A stretch of DNA of 64,000 nt from Lentisphaerae bacterium RIFOXYA12_FULL_48_11 (GTDB taxonomy: Bacteria; Verrucomicrobiota; Kiritimatiellia; UBA8416; YA12-FULL-48-11). Under the pieces are notes generated by a model. It was not told the origin of the DNA. It worked only from the letters and a program-made list of their open reading frames with translations, and ran no database searches. Shown here one piece after another: positions 35,804 to 44,823 of the stretch. A program made the translations under genes and the position numbers. Positions within the stretch are counted from its first letter, which is position 1; each line of letters opens with the position of its first letter. Location of the stretch: the NCBI GenBank assembly GCA_001804885.1, contig MHBM01000157.1, positions 16,629 through 80,628 of the forward strand. The letters run 5' to 3'.

Positions 35804-37629
35804 TGAATATTCTAGGCATAAGCGCTTTTTATCATGATTCCGCCGCCGCGTTAATCCGCGATGGAAAGATCATCGCCGCAGCACAGGAAGAAAGGTTTTC
35901 CCGCAAGAAACACGATGAGCGATTCCCCATCAACGCAATCAAGTATTGCCTCGCAGAAGGCGGAATCGGAAAAGGACAACTGGACGCCATAGCTTTCTAC
36001 GACAAGCCCGTAACCAAGTTCGCTCGAATTCTTGAAACATACTTCAGCGTGGCCCCTAAGGGTTTGAATTCTTTCATGATGGCCCTGCCCATATGGCTGA
36101 AACAAAAGCTCTGGATTCCAATGGAAATAGAAATCGCCATGGAACAGTGCGGAATGGACACCCCAAAGATCTATTTCCCTGAACATCACGAATCACACGC
36201 GGCCAGCGCTTTTTATCCATCTCCATTTCAAAGCGCTGCAGTCCTGACGATAGATGGTGTCGGTGAGTGGGCAACCAGTACACTTGGCCGTGGCGACGGA
36301 AACAAACTGGAAATAATCAGCGACCTCCGATTCCCACACTCGCTCGGACTCCTCTACTCCGCGTTCACTTATTTCACTGGATTCAGAGTTAATTCCGGCG
36401 AGTACAAGCTTATGGGCCTGGCCCCATACGGCGAGCCCAGGTACGTTGACCTGATATACAAGAATCTGATCGATGTAAAGGAAGACGGCTCATTGGCGCT
36501 GAACATGAAATACTTCGGGTACCTTGACGGTTTGACAATGACCAATGACAAGTTTGCCGAACTATTCGGGGGTCCGGCCCGGAAATCGGAGAGCGAGATC
36601 ACCCAGCGTGAAATGGATATTGCCCGCTCGATACAAGTGGTGACAGAGGAAATAGTCCTCAAGATGGCAAAACACCTCCAAACTATAACAGGCGAAAAGA
36701 ACCTCTGCATGGCTGGCGGCGTTGCCCTAAATTGTGTGGCGAACGGAAGATTGCTACGCGAAGGACCTTTTGAAAACATCTGGATCCAGCCTGCGGCAGG
36801 TGACGCAGGCGGGGCACTTGGTGCAGCAATGCTCGTATGGCACCTGGTCAACAAGGGTGAACGGAACGCCGACGGCGTGCATGACTCCATGCAAGGCGCC
36901 TACCTTGGCCCGGAATTTAAGGATGATGATATAGAAGCATACCTGAAAAGCAAAGGGTATCCGGCCAAAAATCTTGTCGGCGACGAATGGGCAAAAACTT
37001 TAGCCAAAATTATAGACGAACAAAATGTTATCGGTCTTGTTCACGGCAGAATGGAATTTGGACCGCGCGCACTGGGAAACCGCTCCATAGTCGGCGATGC
37101 GCGCTCCACCAAAATGCAGTCAATCATGAATCTCAAGATCAAGTACCGCGAATCGTTCCGGCCGTTTGCGCCATCCTGCCTGGTCGAAAAAGTAGACAAA
37201 TTCTTCGAACTCGATACCCCATCGCCTTACATGCTCTTAGTCGCGCCCGTCAGGAAAGAACGGTGTCTCGGCCAGGAAAACATGACAAAGATTCCAATCC
37301 GGGAACGGATAAACCAGGCACGATCCGATGTTCCGGCAATCACGCATGTTGATTATTCCGCCCGAGTACAGACCGTAGATCGATCGACCAATCCACGCTA
37401 CTACGATCTGATAAAGGCCTTCGAAGACAGGACAGGCTACGGAATCATTATTAACACTTCTTTCAACGTTCGTGGTGAGCCTATCGTAGGCTCACCTGAA
37501 GACGCCTATCGCTGTTTCATGCGTACAGAAATGGACTACCTGGTCCTCGGCTCTTTCCTCTTGAACAAGAAAGAACAGCCACCATGGGCCGAGCAAGCAA
37601 ACTGGCGCCTGGACTACGTGTTAGATTGA
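35800..37629 (+). CDS. carbamoyltransferase, NodU/CmcH family
   Basis: N-terminus MNILGISAFYHDSAAALIRDGKIIAAAQEERFSRKKHD matches the family signature. The Kae1/YgjD-like and C-terminal carbamoyl-phosphate domains give a consistent 609-aa length. Confidence 0.88.
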   Translation: MMNILGISAFYHDSAAALIRDGKIIAAAQEERFSRKKHDERFPINAIKYCLAEGGIGKGQLDAIAFYDKPVTKFARILETYFSVAPKGLNSFMMALPIWLKQKLWIPMEIEIAMEQCGMDTPKIYFPEHHESHAASAFYPSPFQSAAVLTIDGVGEWATSTLGRGDGNKLEIISDLRFPHSLGLLYSAFTYFTGFRVNSGEYKLMGLAPYGEPRYVDLIYKNLIDVKEDGSLALNMKYFGYLDGLTMTNDKFAELFGGPARKSESEITQREMDIARSIQVVTEEIVLKMAKHLQTITGEKNLCMAGGVALNCVANGRLLREGPFENIWIQPAAGDAGGALGAAMLVWHLVNKGERNADGVHDSMQGAYLGPEFKDDDIEAYLKSKGYPAKNLVGDEWAKTLAKIIDEQNVIGLVHGRMEFGPRALGNRSIVGDARSTKMQSIMNLKIKYRESFRPFAPSCLVEKVDKFFELDTPSPYMLLVAPVRKERCLGQENMTKIPIRERINQARSDVPAITHVDYSARVQTVDRSTNPRYYDLIKAFEDRTGYGIIINTSFNVRGEPIVGSPEDAYRCFMRTEMDYLVLGSFLLNKKEQPPWAEQANWRLDYVLD

Positions 37630-37707
37630 AATAACAGTACTTTCTCCCTGCAAACTTCCAATTTTGAGACAGGTTCTAATTGCAAAGGCATTAACCATAG
37701 CCAAAGA

Positions 37708-37789
37708 CGGCTCGCGGGTACGCTCGCCCTCCCAAATCACACCAAACACTGATCTTTCTCCAGGGAGGGCGAGCGTACCCGCGAGCCGT
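37708..37789. repeat. perfect 26-bp inverted repeat with 30-nt spacer (cggctcgcgggtacgctcgccctccc ... gggagggcgagcgtacccgcgagccg)
   Basis: Read directly from the sequence. It lies in the 320-bp spacer between the carbamoyltransferase and the downstream small ORF. Further short palindromes follow: agcgcc-a-ggcgct at 37811-37823 and gccac...gtggc. Confidence 0.85.
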
Positions 37790-37949
37790 TCATGGCCAGT
37801 CTTCCTCGTCAGCGCCAGGCGCTAAACGGCCACTTGGTTAAAATGCCGACGTGGCATGACGAGCCGCCAAATGATTATTGTTTAGTTGCAAAGGGATGTT
37901 CTCTTTACTAGTTTATTCCCGAATTTATCACTGCTCAGGAGATGGCACG

Positions 37950-38114
37950 ATGAGATTTTTAAGACATTTAGGGAATCTGCTCAAGGAATTCGGCGGATTT
38001 GCGTGGCACCACAAGGCGTGGTGGATCATACCAGTAGTTCTCACCCTGCTCCTGCTTGGGCTGTTGATAACCGTGGGGCAGTCATCGGCACCGTTCATTT
38101 ACACCCTGTTCTAA
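37950..38114 (+). CDS. small membrane protein, DUF5989/SxtK-like
   Basis: An AGGAGA site precedes ATG 37950. The 54-aa product MRFLRHLGNLLKEFGGFAWHHKAWWIIPVVLTLLLLGLLITVGQSSAPFIYTLF has one transmembrane helix and the conserved APFIYTLF tail. It sits next to a carbamoyltransferase. Confidence 0.55.
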   Translation: MRFLRHLGNLLKEFGGFAWHHKAWWIIPVVLTLLLLGLLITVGQSSAPFIYTLF

Positions 38115-38142
38115 TCCACTACACTTTTTAACGTTGTGACGA

Positions 38143-40338
38143 TTACAGCAACTTTTTGTACTTTATCCTGAACGACGATTTACCGTGAGGTTTCACACCT
38201 ATGAATTTGACATCTTTCCCGGCATCAAATGGGTAGATCTCCACCGGTTCTTTTGCAGTCAGACCGTCCTGCCAGACATATCGAAGGACAGCCTCTTCCA
38301 GAGGATCATCAAGAACGACGGCCAATTCATTGATTCCGCCCTTGACCTTTCCTCCGCCTTTAACAAATTGATTCATATCCCTATTCACCCTGAATATCGT
38401 TCGCGTGGGTATCCCGGGGAATGATTTCACTACCTTGTAATGTTCATTATTCAGCAAAAGAAATGTTTTCCACTGATCATGGCAAGCAATAACAAAGCTC
38501 ACATTAAAAAGATTGATATAATCAAACAATGACTTTTCATTACCCTGCACAGGTTCAACAGGATAATTAAACTGATCAGAAAACATCATCTCCCGTCTAA
38601 CAAGCATTGGAAACGGATTAACGCACACACCTCCATCCTGGTGCACGGCAGAGCCGACAAATAGCATTCTACTGCCATCAGAAGTATATTTCCCCATCCA
38701 TTCGGCAACCTGATCAACATCAGGATTCATTAGAGTATATTTCGACGGTCCTTTATTTCCATAAATCAGTGATATATTTATCGCACACATTAACAGAATA
38801 GAAATCACCATTGCCCGAACCAGAAGCATTCGAGGGGCAACATCTTCCAGCCATTTCTCCATCCACAGGGAGGCCGGTATTACTGCGACAAAGAAAAGGG
38901 GTATAGATGCATGCGACAACTGAAGATACTGACTGCCGAGATCACCACATCCCGCAAGGAGACCTAACCCTGCCATGGTGGCACCAAATACAGCCATCAT
39001 TCCCTTTTTTGGAAGAAACCACACACCAATAACGCCAAGGAAAATAAGGCAGGGATTCGCCTGCCTCAGTTGTTCCAATAAGCGACCCAATCCGGCAGAA
39101 AGTAAACCTGCGAGTTCCATTCCCCCTGCACTGCGCATTACAAAATCCATTGACTCAATCCTGCCCAAAACACCCATTATAAACGGCAGGCAAATTGCAA
39201 TTATGGAGACCACACATAACAGCAGAAAGCTTACCCGCCTCAACGACAACTGTTGCGCGCTGAAAACAACGACCAGCGGAAGCAGGATCACAATTACGGC
39301 CGAAGGCGGCCAGGCAAGCAGCATTACAAGCGCGAACACCAGCATTATTCCGGTAGAATTTGCAAAACAATCCAGCCAGAGAACACGATAAAGACATGCA
39401 ACAGCCAGCATGACAAACGGCAATGCAAAACATGCCCCGGCATTCCCGGCGACAAAAAACAAATGAAAGAAATACTGGCTGACGCCAAGGGCGAGAATCG
39501 CTGCACAGCCCGCCGCAGACCAGCCACCGCCTACGAGCCGCGCAGACAAACCAGCAAGGAAAGGAACAACTATAATAAATGAGCATGCCAGCACGGGCGT
39601 ATACATCAAATCTGTCTGGAACAGTTTCCACAGGGGCAGGAAAATCGTACCCAGGGGAATAATCCCAGTGGAAACAAGCGAAGGCGTCTCCGCACCTGCA
39701 TTCCACAAAGGATCGTAAAATATTAGCCTCGGAAATGTCTGTGCATAAATCCACAGACGATAAAGACAATTGGCATGATCATTGCCGTAAAGCGCATGCC
39801 CTCCCGTTGCCTGCCATAACTGGTTGAAAGCAGTAATTTGTGTCCAGATAAGTATTCCAAACACAATGACCCAGGCACTGATTTTCGACCTGCAACATGA
39901 AAGGACAGGCACCAATAGTGCGGCTAAAGCACAGAAAAGAAACAAACCCAGCCCATAAAGCTGGCGACCGGAAATCCACTGAAGAAAATAAAACCAAGGA
40001 TCGCTTACGGAACCGGAAACAAGATAAAAAACAAGCCCTGCCAACAAGGACCAGGCCATAACCTGGCGGTATTCGACCGGCATCTCCTGTTTATCTCCAC
40101 CAGCAGCACCAGTCCGGTGTAACAACCACAGAAAGATGACCAGGAATGAAATAACTGGCGGAACGAGCATCCACAAATGCTCAACATGAACCAATGATGA
40201 CCCTTGGGGCAGAAGAATAACAATCAAAAGGCATTCAAGGACGATTGCCCAACCACCGGCGAACCATACCCGCCAGTTACTGACATCTACCCTTGGGATA
40301 TCATTCTGATCAGCCATGCCGGGAAAATACCAGATCAC
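38143..40338 (-). CDS. large polytopic membrane protein, putative GT-C-fold glycosyltransferase/polymerase
   Basis: About 470 aa hold 10 or more transmembrane helices, followed by a ~260-aa soluble C-terminal domain. No diagnostic motif was read. Confidence 0.35.
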   Translation of the reverse strand: MIWYFPGMADQNDIPRVDVSNWRVWFAGGWAIVLECLLIVILLPQGSSLVHVEHLWMLVPPVISFLVIFLWLLHRTGAAGGDKQEMPVEYRQVMAWSLLAGLVFYLVSGSVSDPWFYFLQWISGRQLYGLGLFLFCALAALLVPVLSCCRSKISAWVIVFGILIWTQITAFNQLWQATGGHALYGNDHANCLYRLWIYAQTFPRLIFYDPLWNAGAETPSLVSTGIIPLGTIFLPLWKLFQTDLMYTPVLACSFIIVVPFLAGLSARLVGGGWSAAGCAAILALGVSQYFFHLFFVAGNAGACFALPFVMLAVACLYRVLWLDCFANSTGIMLVFALVMLLAWPPSAVIVILLPLVVVFSAQQLSLRRVSFLLLCVVSIIAICLPFIMGVLGRIESMDFVMRSAGGMELAGLLSAGLGRLLEQLRQANPCLIFLGVIGVWFLPKKGMMAVFGATMAGLGLLAGCGDLGSQYLQLSHASIPLFFVAVIPASLWMEKWLEDVAPRMLLVRAMVISILLMCAINISLIYGNKGPSKYTLMNPDVDQVAEWMGKYTSDGSRMLFVGSAVHQDGGVCVNPFPMLVRREMMFSDQFNYPVEPVQGNEKSLFDYINLFNVSFVIACHDQWKTFLLLNNEHYKVVKSFPGIPTRTIFRVNRDMNQFVKGGGKVKGGINELAVVLDDPLEEAVLRYVWQDGLTAKEPVEIYPFDAGKDVKFIGVKPHGKSSFRIKYKKLL

Positions 40339-40388
40339 CGGGAATTGAAAAGAGCCAAGTCTTGCCCTGTAGGCTAAATTTCATTCTA

Positions 40389-40973
40389 ATGGCGATTATG
40401 TCATCACCAATAGTACATATTGCTGCAGGATATGCCATATACAGTATTGTTCGTCACAAACTGCCAAAACAAAGCATTATTGGCGTACCGGCCCGTATTG
40501 GATGGCCTATCCTGTTTGCCTGCCTATCCCTTCTTCCAGACTTGGATGTTATAGTCGCCTGGACACACGGCAATATGGCGAAGTTTCACAACAACCTGAC
40601 ACACAGCCTTCTGGTCTGGATCCCATTATCATTACTTCTAGCAGCAGTACTGAAGGCTTGCACCGAAATCTCAGCAAGATGTGGGTTCTTGTTTTTTCTT
40701 GTCTCCAGCTATATGCATATCCTGGTCGATTTTTCCACATATGGAAGAGGTGTTATGCTCTTCTGGCCCATTACAACGACGCGCTTCCATGCTCCAATCA
40801 CAATATTTCAAGGTGTTCCATGGTCTGACAAGCTAACCAGCCCCAATTATCTGCAAATGTTGCTTGAGGATTGTTTTTTTGCCGCTATCGTACTTGCTCT
40901 AGTCGCTATTATTCGCAGATTCCACGCCTGGCATGAGAAACATGCATACAAGCCGGGCAATGGGATAAAATGA
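40389..40973 (+). CDS. membrane-bound metal-dependent hydrolase, YdjM/DUF457 family
   Basis: ATG at 40389 gives MAIMSSPIVHIAAGYAIY..., with conserved His positions and HNNLTHSLL (the H-x-x-x-T-H-S-L motif). The ORF-track start at 40293 would overlap the upstream gene. Confidence 0.55.
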   Translation: MAIMSSPIVHIAAGYAIYSIVRHKLPKQSIIGVPARIGWPILFACLSLLPDLDVIVAWTHGNMAKFHNNLTHSLLVWIPLSLLLAAVLKACTEISARCGFLFFLVSSYMHILVDFSTYGRGVMLFWPITTTRFHAPITIFQGVPWSDKLTSPNYLQMLLEDCFFAAIVLALVAIIRRFHAWHEKHAYKPGNGIK

Positions 40974-42256
40974 ACGTACAGGGAAAACAGAGAATAAAAA
41001 GCTTATTTGCTTATGCTTTACACTTTACAGCATTTGGCTTCCTGGCACTTGGCACGATATGCCTGCTTCTCGTACTTGGCATGATTTACAATGGAGATGC
41101 TTGGGCATACATTATTTATGCTGAGAAACCTATTCATCATTTCCTCGGTGGTATCGGCGCTCTTTTCATATTTTACCTCCTTTTCTATGGAATCTATAAT
41201 TCCCCTAAAGAATGGGGTTATTTTTCTGCCAAGGTATTACTGGCAACAATAAGCCTGACAATCTCTCTTGTAGCAGGGGAACTGAGTCTTCGCATTTATT
41301 ATTCCGCCCTGCAAAATAATATCTCAATGGAAAAGTTCAAGCTTCTTAAGCACGACGGCAAACCAATGCCTATCAAAAGTACACATGCCCTTGCGGCGAT
41401 AATCCAACCCAGCGAGAATTCAAAAGTCATTTACGAGTTACAACCAAATCTGGACAGAAAATTCGGGCACCGGCGCGTATTGACAAATACTGAAGGAATG
41501 CGGGAAGACCATGACTATTCGATAAAACGAAACAATAGAAGCATAAGAATCGTCGGCATAGGTGACTCCGGAATGTTCGGCTGGAACATTGAACAGAACG
41601 ATGATTACTTGAGCGTACTGGAAACCAACCTCAACCAACGCCAGGATGGCAACCTCTACGAGGTGCTCAACCTTGCAGTTCCCGGTTATAACACCCAGCT
41701 GGAAATCGAGATTTTGCGTAGCAAGGGCCTGAAGTACAAGCCGGACATAGTCATAGTTGGCTGGTGCGACAATGATTTCAGCCTGCCGTTTTTCATGCTC
41801 GAAAAAGAAAATTATCGCCGCCGTGATAAATCTTTTCTTTACAGCCTGCTGTTTAAGCGTAATTCAGAAAAGAAAAAACGCAGCAATGTCGCTCCCGGCT
41901 TCAAAATAACAGATCAGCGTGATTTCGAAAAAGATAGAGTTCTCCCCGAACTTACGGCCGGCTCAGACATAGACAGGGTCAGAACAGCATTAAAAGAACT
42001 AAAGAAACTGAGCGAACAGGAAAACTTCAAAGTCCTGTTTTTCGGACCAATGGGAAAAGACATTTGCAATATATGCACAGAAATCGGGGTGGCCTTCAGT
42101 AATACTCATGTGTTAATTCCACGCGATAAATACCCGAGCGACTACATCATTCACTTCATGCATCCCAACAAAAAAGGTCATGCCGTACTTGCCGAACATC
42201 TTGAAAAAGATCTGATAAATCGCGGATGGTTGCCAGCCCGCAAACAGAGCCAGTGA
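40970..42256 (+). CDS. membrane-anchored SGNH/GDSL-type hydrolase
   Basis: N-terminal transmembrane helices are followed by block I IRIVGIGDSGMFGW. A D-x-x-H-type pair occurs late in the protein (HFMHPNKKGH). ATGA overlap with upstream gene. Confidence 0.5.
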   Translation: MNVQGKQRIKSLFAYALHFTAFGFLALGTICLLLVLGMIYNGDAWAYIIYAEKPIHHFLGGIGALFIFYLLFYGIYNSPKEWGYFSAKVLLATISLTISLVAGELSLRIYYSALQNNISMEKFKLLKHDGKPMPIKSTHALAAIIQPSENSKVIYELQPNLDRKFGHRRVLTNTEGMREDHDYSIKRNNRSIRIVGIGDSGMFGWNIEQNDDYLSVLETNLNQRQDGNLYEVLNLAVPGYNTQLEIEILRSKGLKYKPDIVIVGWCDNDFSLPFFMLEKENYRRRDKSFLYSLLFKRNSEKKKRSNVAPGFKITDQRDFEKDRVLPELTAGSDIDRVRTALKELKKLSEQENFKVLFFGPMGKDICNICTEIGVAFSNTHVLIPRDKYPSDYIIHFMHPNKKGHAVLAEHLEKDLINRGWLPARKQSQ

Positions 42257-44812
42257 CTACTCTGTGCGGCTGATAACTACCCTGCTTATCTTAAGATCTG
42301 CCTCCCTTATAAATCTGAAGGCGAGAAAATAAGGTTCATTGCCCTTCTGAATGAATTCGCTGACTGCCCTCGAACCACTTATAACAGGAGTCATGCCCTG
42401 CTCTTCGTCACCCCGCCACCGCGCATTGAACTGACCGAGCACCGTCCCAGCTGGGGATGCCGTCTCAAAAACAACTTCCGCGGAATACTTACCCTTTTCA
42501 AGCGGCAGTTTCGGCCCATAAAAAACAATTGCGTCAGACTCATAGACTTTACGGAAAACCACTCCTGAAAAATCTCGCTCAGTATGACCGGCATGGAAAA
42601 AGCAGACAGCCGGCAGACTTAAGCTTTCTCCCAGCTGAACCCCCTTCCATTCACCTGCGCCGAGAATAGCGGAATCCACATCTACGTTTCCGCTCTCAAG
42701 CGACAGCACGGCATCCACAGGCGTACTTTCCTTCTTTGATGGGATACCAACCTTCTGCCATGTCCATTCCGTTGACTTAACCGGAATCATCACAGGGCTA
42801 TTCGTTACACAGGTTAAAATGTTATTCACGGAGATAATCCCCTCCCCTCGAGCACGAATAAGCCATGAAAGAGACGCTTCCAGCGGCACCAGAGTGCCCG
42901 GAACATGAACACGACCACCCGGACTCATATTCACATACCCTTTACCAAGAGCAGAAGGGTCATCCGTCTGTACAACAGCATTTGTAAGAACGGTGCGTTC
43001 CAACTCCCTCCGACGTGAAGGAAAAGTAAATGCCATAAAGCCATTCTTTTCCCTGCCAGGAGAAGGTGCAATCAAAATCTTAAAAGACCATGCCGCACCA
43101 TCCTTGCCAATACACTCCAGCCTGGGATGATTAAGCAGCTGTTGAAGCGTGTAACCAACAGTAAACGGGCTGACCTTCTCAGGAAACACATCTTCATGCA
43201 AAACCAAGTAACCTATGCCTCTCTTCAGCAACTCATCGAGCTGTCGGTCATAGATGCCGCCGACATTCATACTTTCCAACGGAAGAAAAATCTCCTCGTA
43301 GTACCTCTTCTTTACCGTACCTCCATATCCGTTCACCATGCGGATGTGATACAAGGAAATATAATACTCATTCACAGAATTAAAGTGGGAAACACCCGGC
43401 CAAAGAGGAAGCACTACAATATGCGGCTTTTTATTTCCCGATTCGCGCGCATCCTCAGCTACGGCACGATATGCACCCTGCTCACGATCCAGCCCGCAAA
43501 TGGTTGCGTCAATACGATACTTGTAATCAAAAAGAAGCGGCACAAGCAGAACAAACATTCCAAGCCGGCGTCGACCCTCAGGAAGCAGCTCCAGAATATA
43601 CCGCCAGAGCAGTCCGCAGCCGAGAGCCACAAAGAACGGCATAAGGCAGTATATTTTGTCGGCTTGGCGAATCATTTTATAAGGCGGAACAAGTATCGTC
43701 AGAAGTTTCCAGGCTTTGGGGCCAGCCGGATTTTTCGTGCCTGTAGCCAGCATGATAATTCCAACAATTCCAATACTTATAAGAAACAAAGGTAGAGGGG
43801 CGCACAGCTCGGATCTGAGATCCTTGCGACGGACAAGTATATACGCAACCCATCCGGCTGCGAGGAGGACAAGGAGATACCCCCCCATATATATTTTCCG
43901 ATTGTCATAAGGATTATTGAATTTCACCACACCAGACAAAGACAGCGAGCAGTTGGAAACTTCATCTATACTTCTACCCTTCTGGGCTATAACAGCATCT
44001 TTGAGTCCATGCTTGACACGCACCACCTGCAACGCAACCACGCCAGTGAATATGAGCAGAAATACAGCAGCTTTCAACAAGGCAACACAATCCACTTTTG
44101 ACGGCCATTTCGGATAATGGAAAATATAGCAGAAAACACACCAGAACGGCGCAGACAGTACATTAAAGAAAAAGACATGGGCATCACCCCATTCCGACAT
44201 AAACAGCCCTATGCCGGCCAGAGCTCCAGCCCAGATTTTCTTCTCGGCAATCATGACATCCAGCGCCCAGAATATTATCGGAGTCCACATCAATGTAAGA
44301 CCCGTTGGGCTGCCATCCAGCATGGTGATCCATCGATATGGGAATATTATGCTTAAAACAGCCGTAACGGCACTGAGCCAATCATCCTTTACAAAGCGCC
44401 GGATCAGAAGCCACGTAAACAGATAGGTAAGCCACAAGGTTACAAACGCCGCAAAATTGTACCCTCCAGCTTGACCGCCAAACCAGGACCCCACCAGGAA
44501 AAAGAGCGAGAACGGAAGATAATAGGTGGACAGGAAATAACGGTCTTCGTCATTGCCGGTATTAAATTCATATACGTCATGGAACCACGGCGTATTACCC
44601 TTGAACGTATCAGACGCTATCCAGAGTTGATAAAGCATTTGCAGATGATCACCAGGGATCATCATGCGCATGTTCTCCCTCTCTACATTATAAGCAGAAG
44701 ACGGAATTGCGTGTCCGGCATAACGCGGAAGGGGCCATGTAAACAAAGCCCAAACCGCCAGAGCTACCGCCAGCGAAATAAATATTCTTTTCCAGCCACC
44801 ACCAGTTCTCAC
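42257..44812 (-). CDS. large polytopic membrane protein (YfhO-like / GT-C superfamily candidate)
   Basis: 851 aa, with the N-terminal ~430 aa highly hydrophobic across 12 or more helices and a C-terminal ~400-aa extracytoplasmic domain. The call rests on architecture only. Confidence 0.35.
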   Translation of the reverse strand: MRTGGGWKRIFISLAVALAVWALFTWPLPRYAGHAIPSSAYNVERENMRMMIPGDHLQMLYQLWIASDTFKGNTPWFHDVYEFNTGNDEDRYFLSTYYLPFSLFFLVGSWFGGQAGGYNFAAFVTLWLTYLFTWLLIRRFVKDDWLSAVTAVLSIIFPYRWITMLDGSPTGLTLMWTPIIFWALDVMIAEKKIWAGALAGIGLFMSEWGDAHVFFFNVLSAPFWCVFCYIFHYPKWPSKVDCVALLKAAVFLLIFTGVVALQVVRVKHGLKDAVIAQKGRSIDEVSNCSLSLSGVVKFNNPYDNRKIYMGGYLLVLLAAGWVAYILVRRKDLRSELCAPLPLFLISIGIVGIIMLATGTKNPAGPKAWKLLTILVPPYKMIRQADKIYCLMPFFVALGCGLLWRYILELLPEGRRRLGMFVLLVPLLFDYKYRIDATICGLDREQGAYRAVAEDARESGNKKPHIVVLPLWPGVSHFNSVNEYYISLYHIRMVNGYGGTVKKRYYEEIFLPLESMNVGGIYDRQLDELLKRGIGYLVLHEDVFPEKVSPFTVGYTLQQLLNHPRLECIGKDGAAWSFKILIAPSPGREKNGFMAFTFPSRRRELERTVLTNAVVQTDDPSALGKGYVNMSPGGRVHVPGTLVPLEASLSWLIRARGEGIISVNNILTCVTNSPVMIPVKSTEWTWQKVGIPSKKESTPVDAVLSLESGNVDVDSAILGAGEWKGVQLGESLSLPAVCFFHAGHTERDFSGVVFRKVYESDAIVFYGPKLPLEKGKYSAEVVFETASPAGTVLGQFNARWRGDEEQGMTPVISGSRAVSEFIQKGNEPYFLAFRFIREADLKISRVVISRTE

Positions 44813-44823
44813 TGATACATTCC

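Noticed and set aside
36369-36890. A 173-aa minus-strand ORF
   Set aside because: It lies inside and antisense to the carbamoyltransferase gene, which has unmistakable family motifs.
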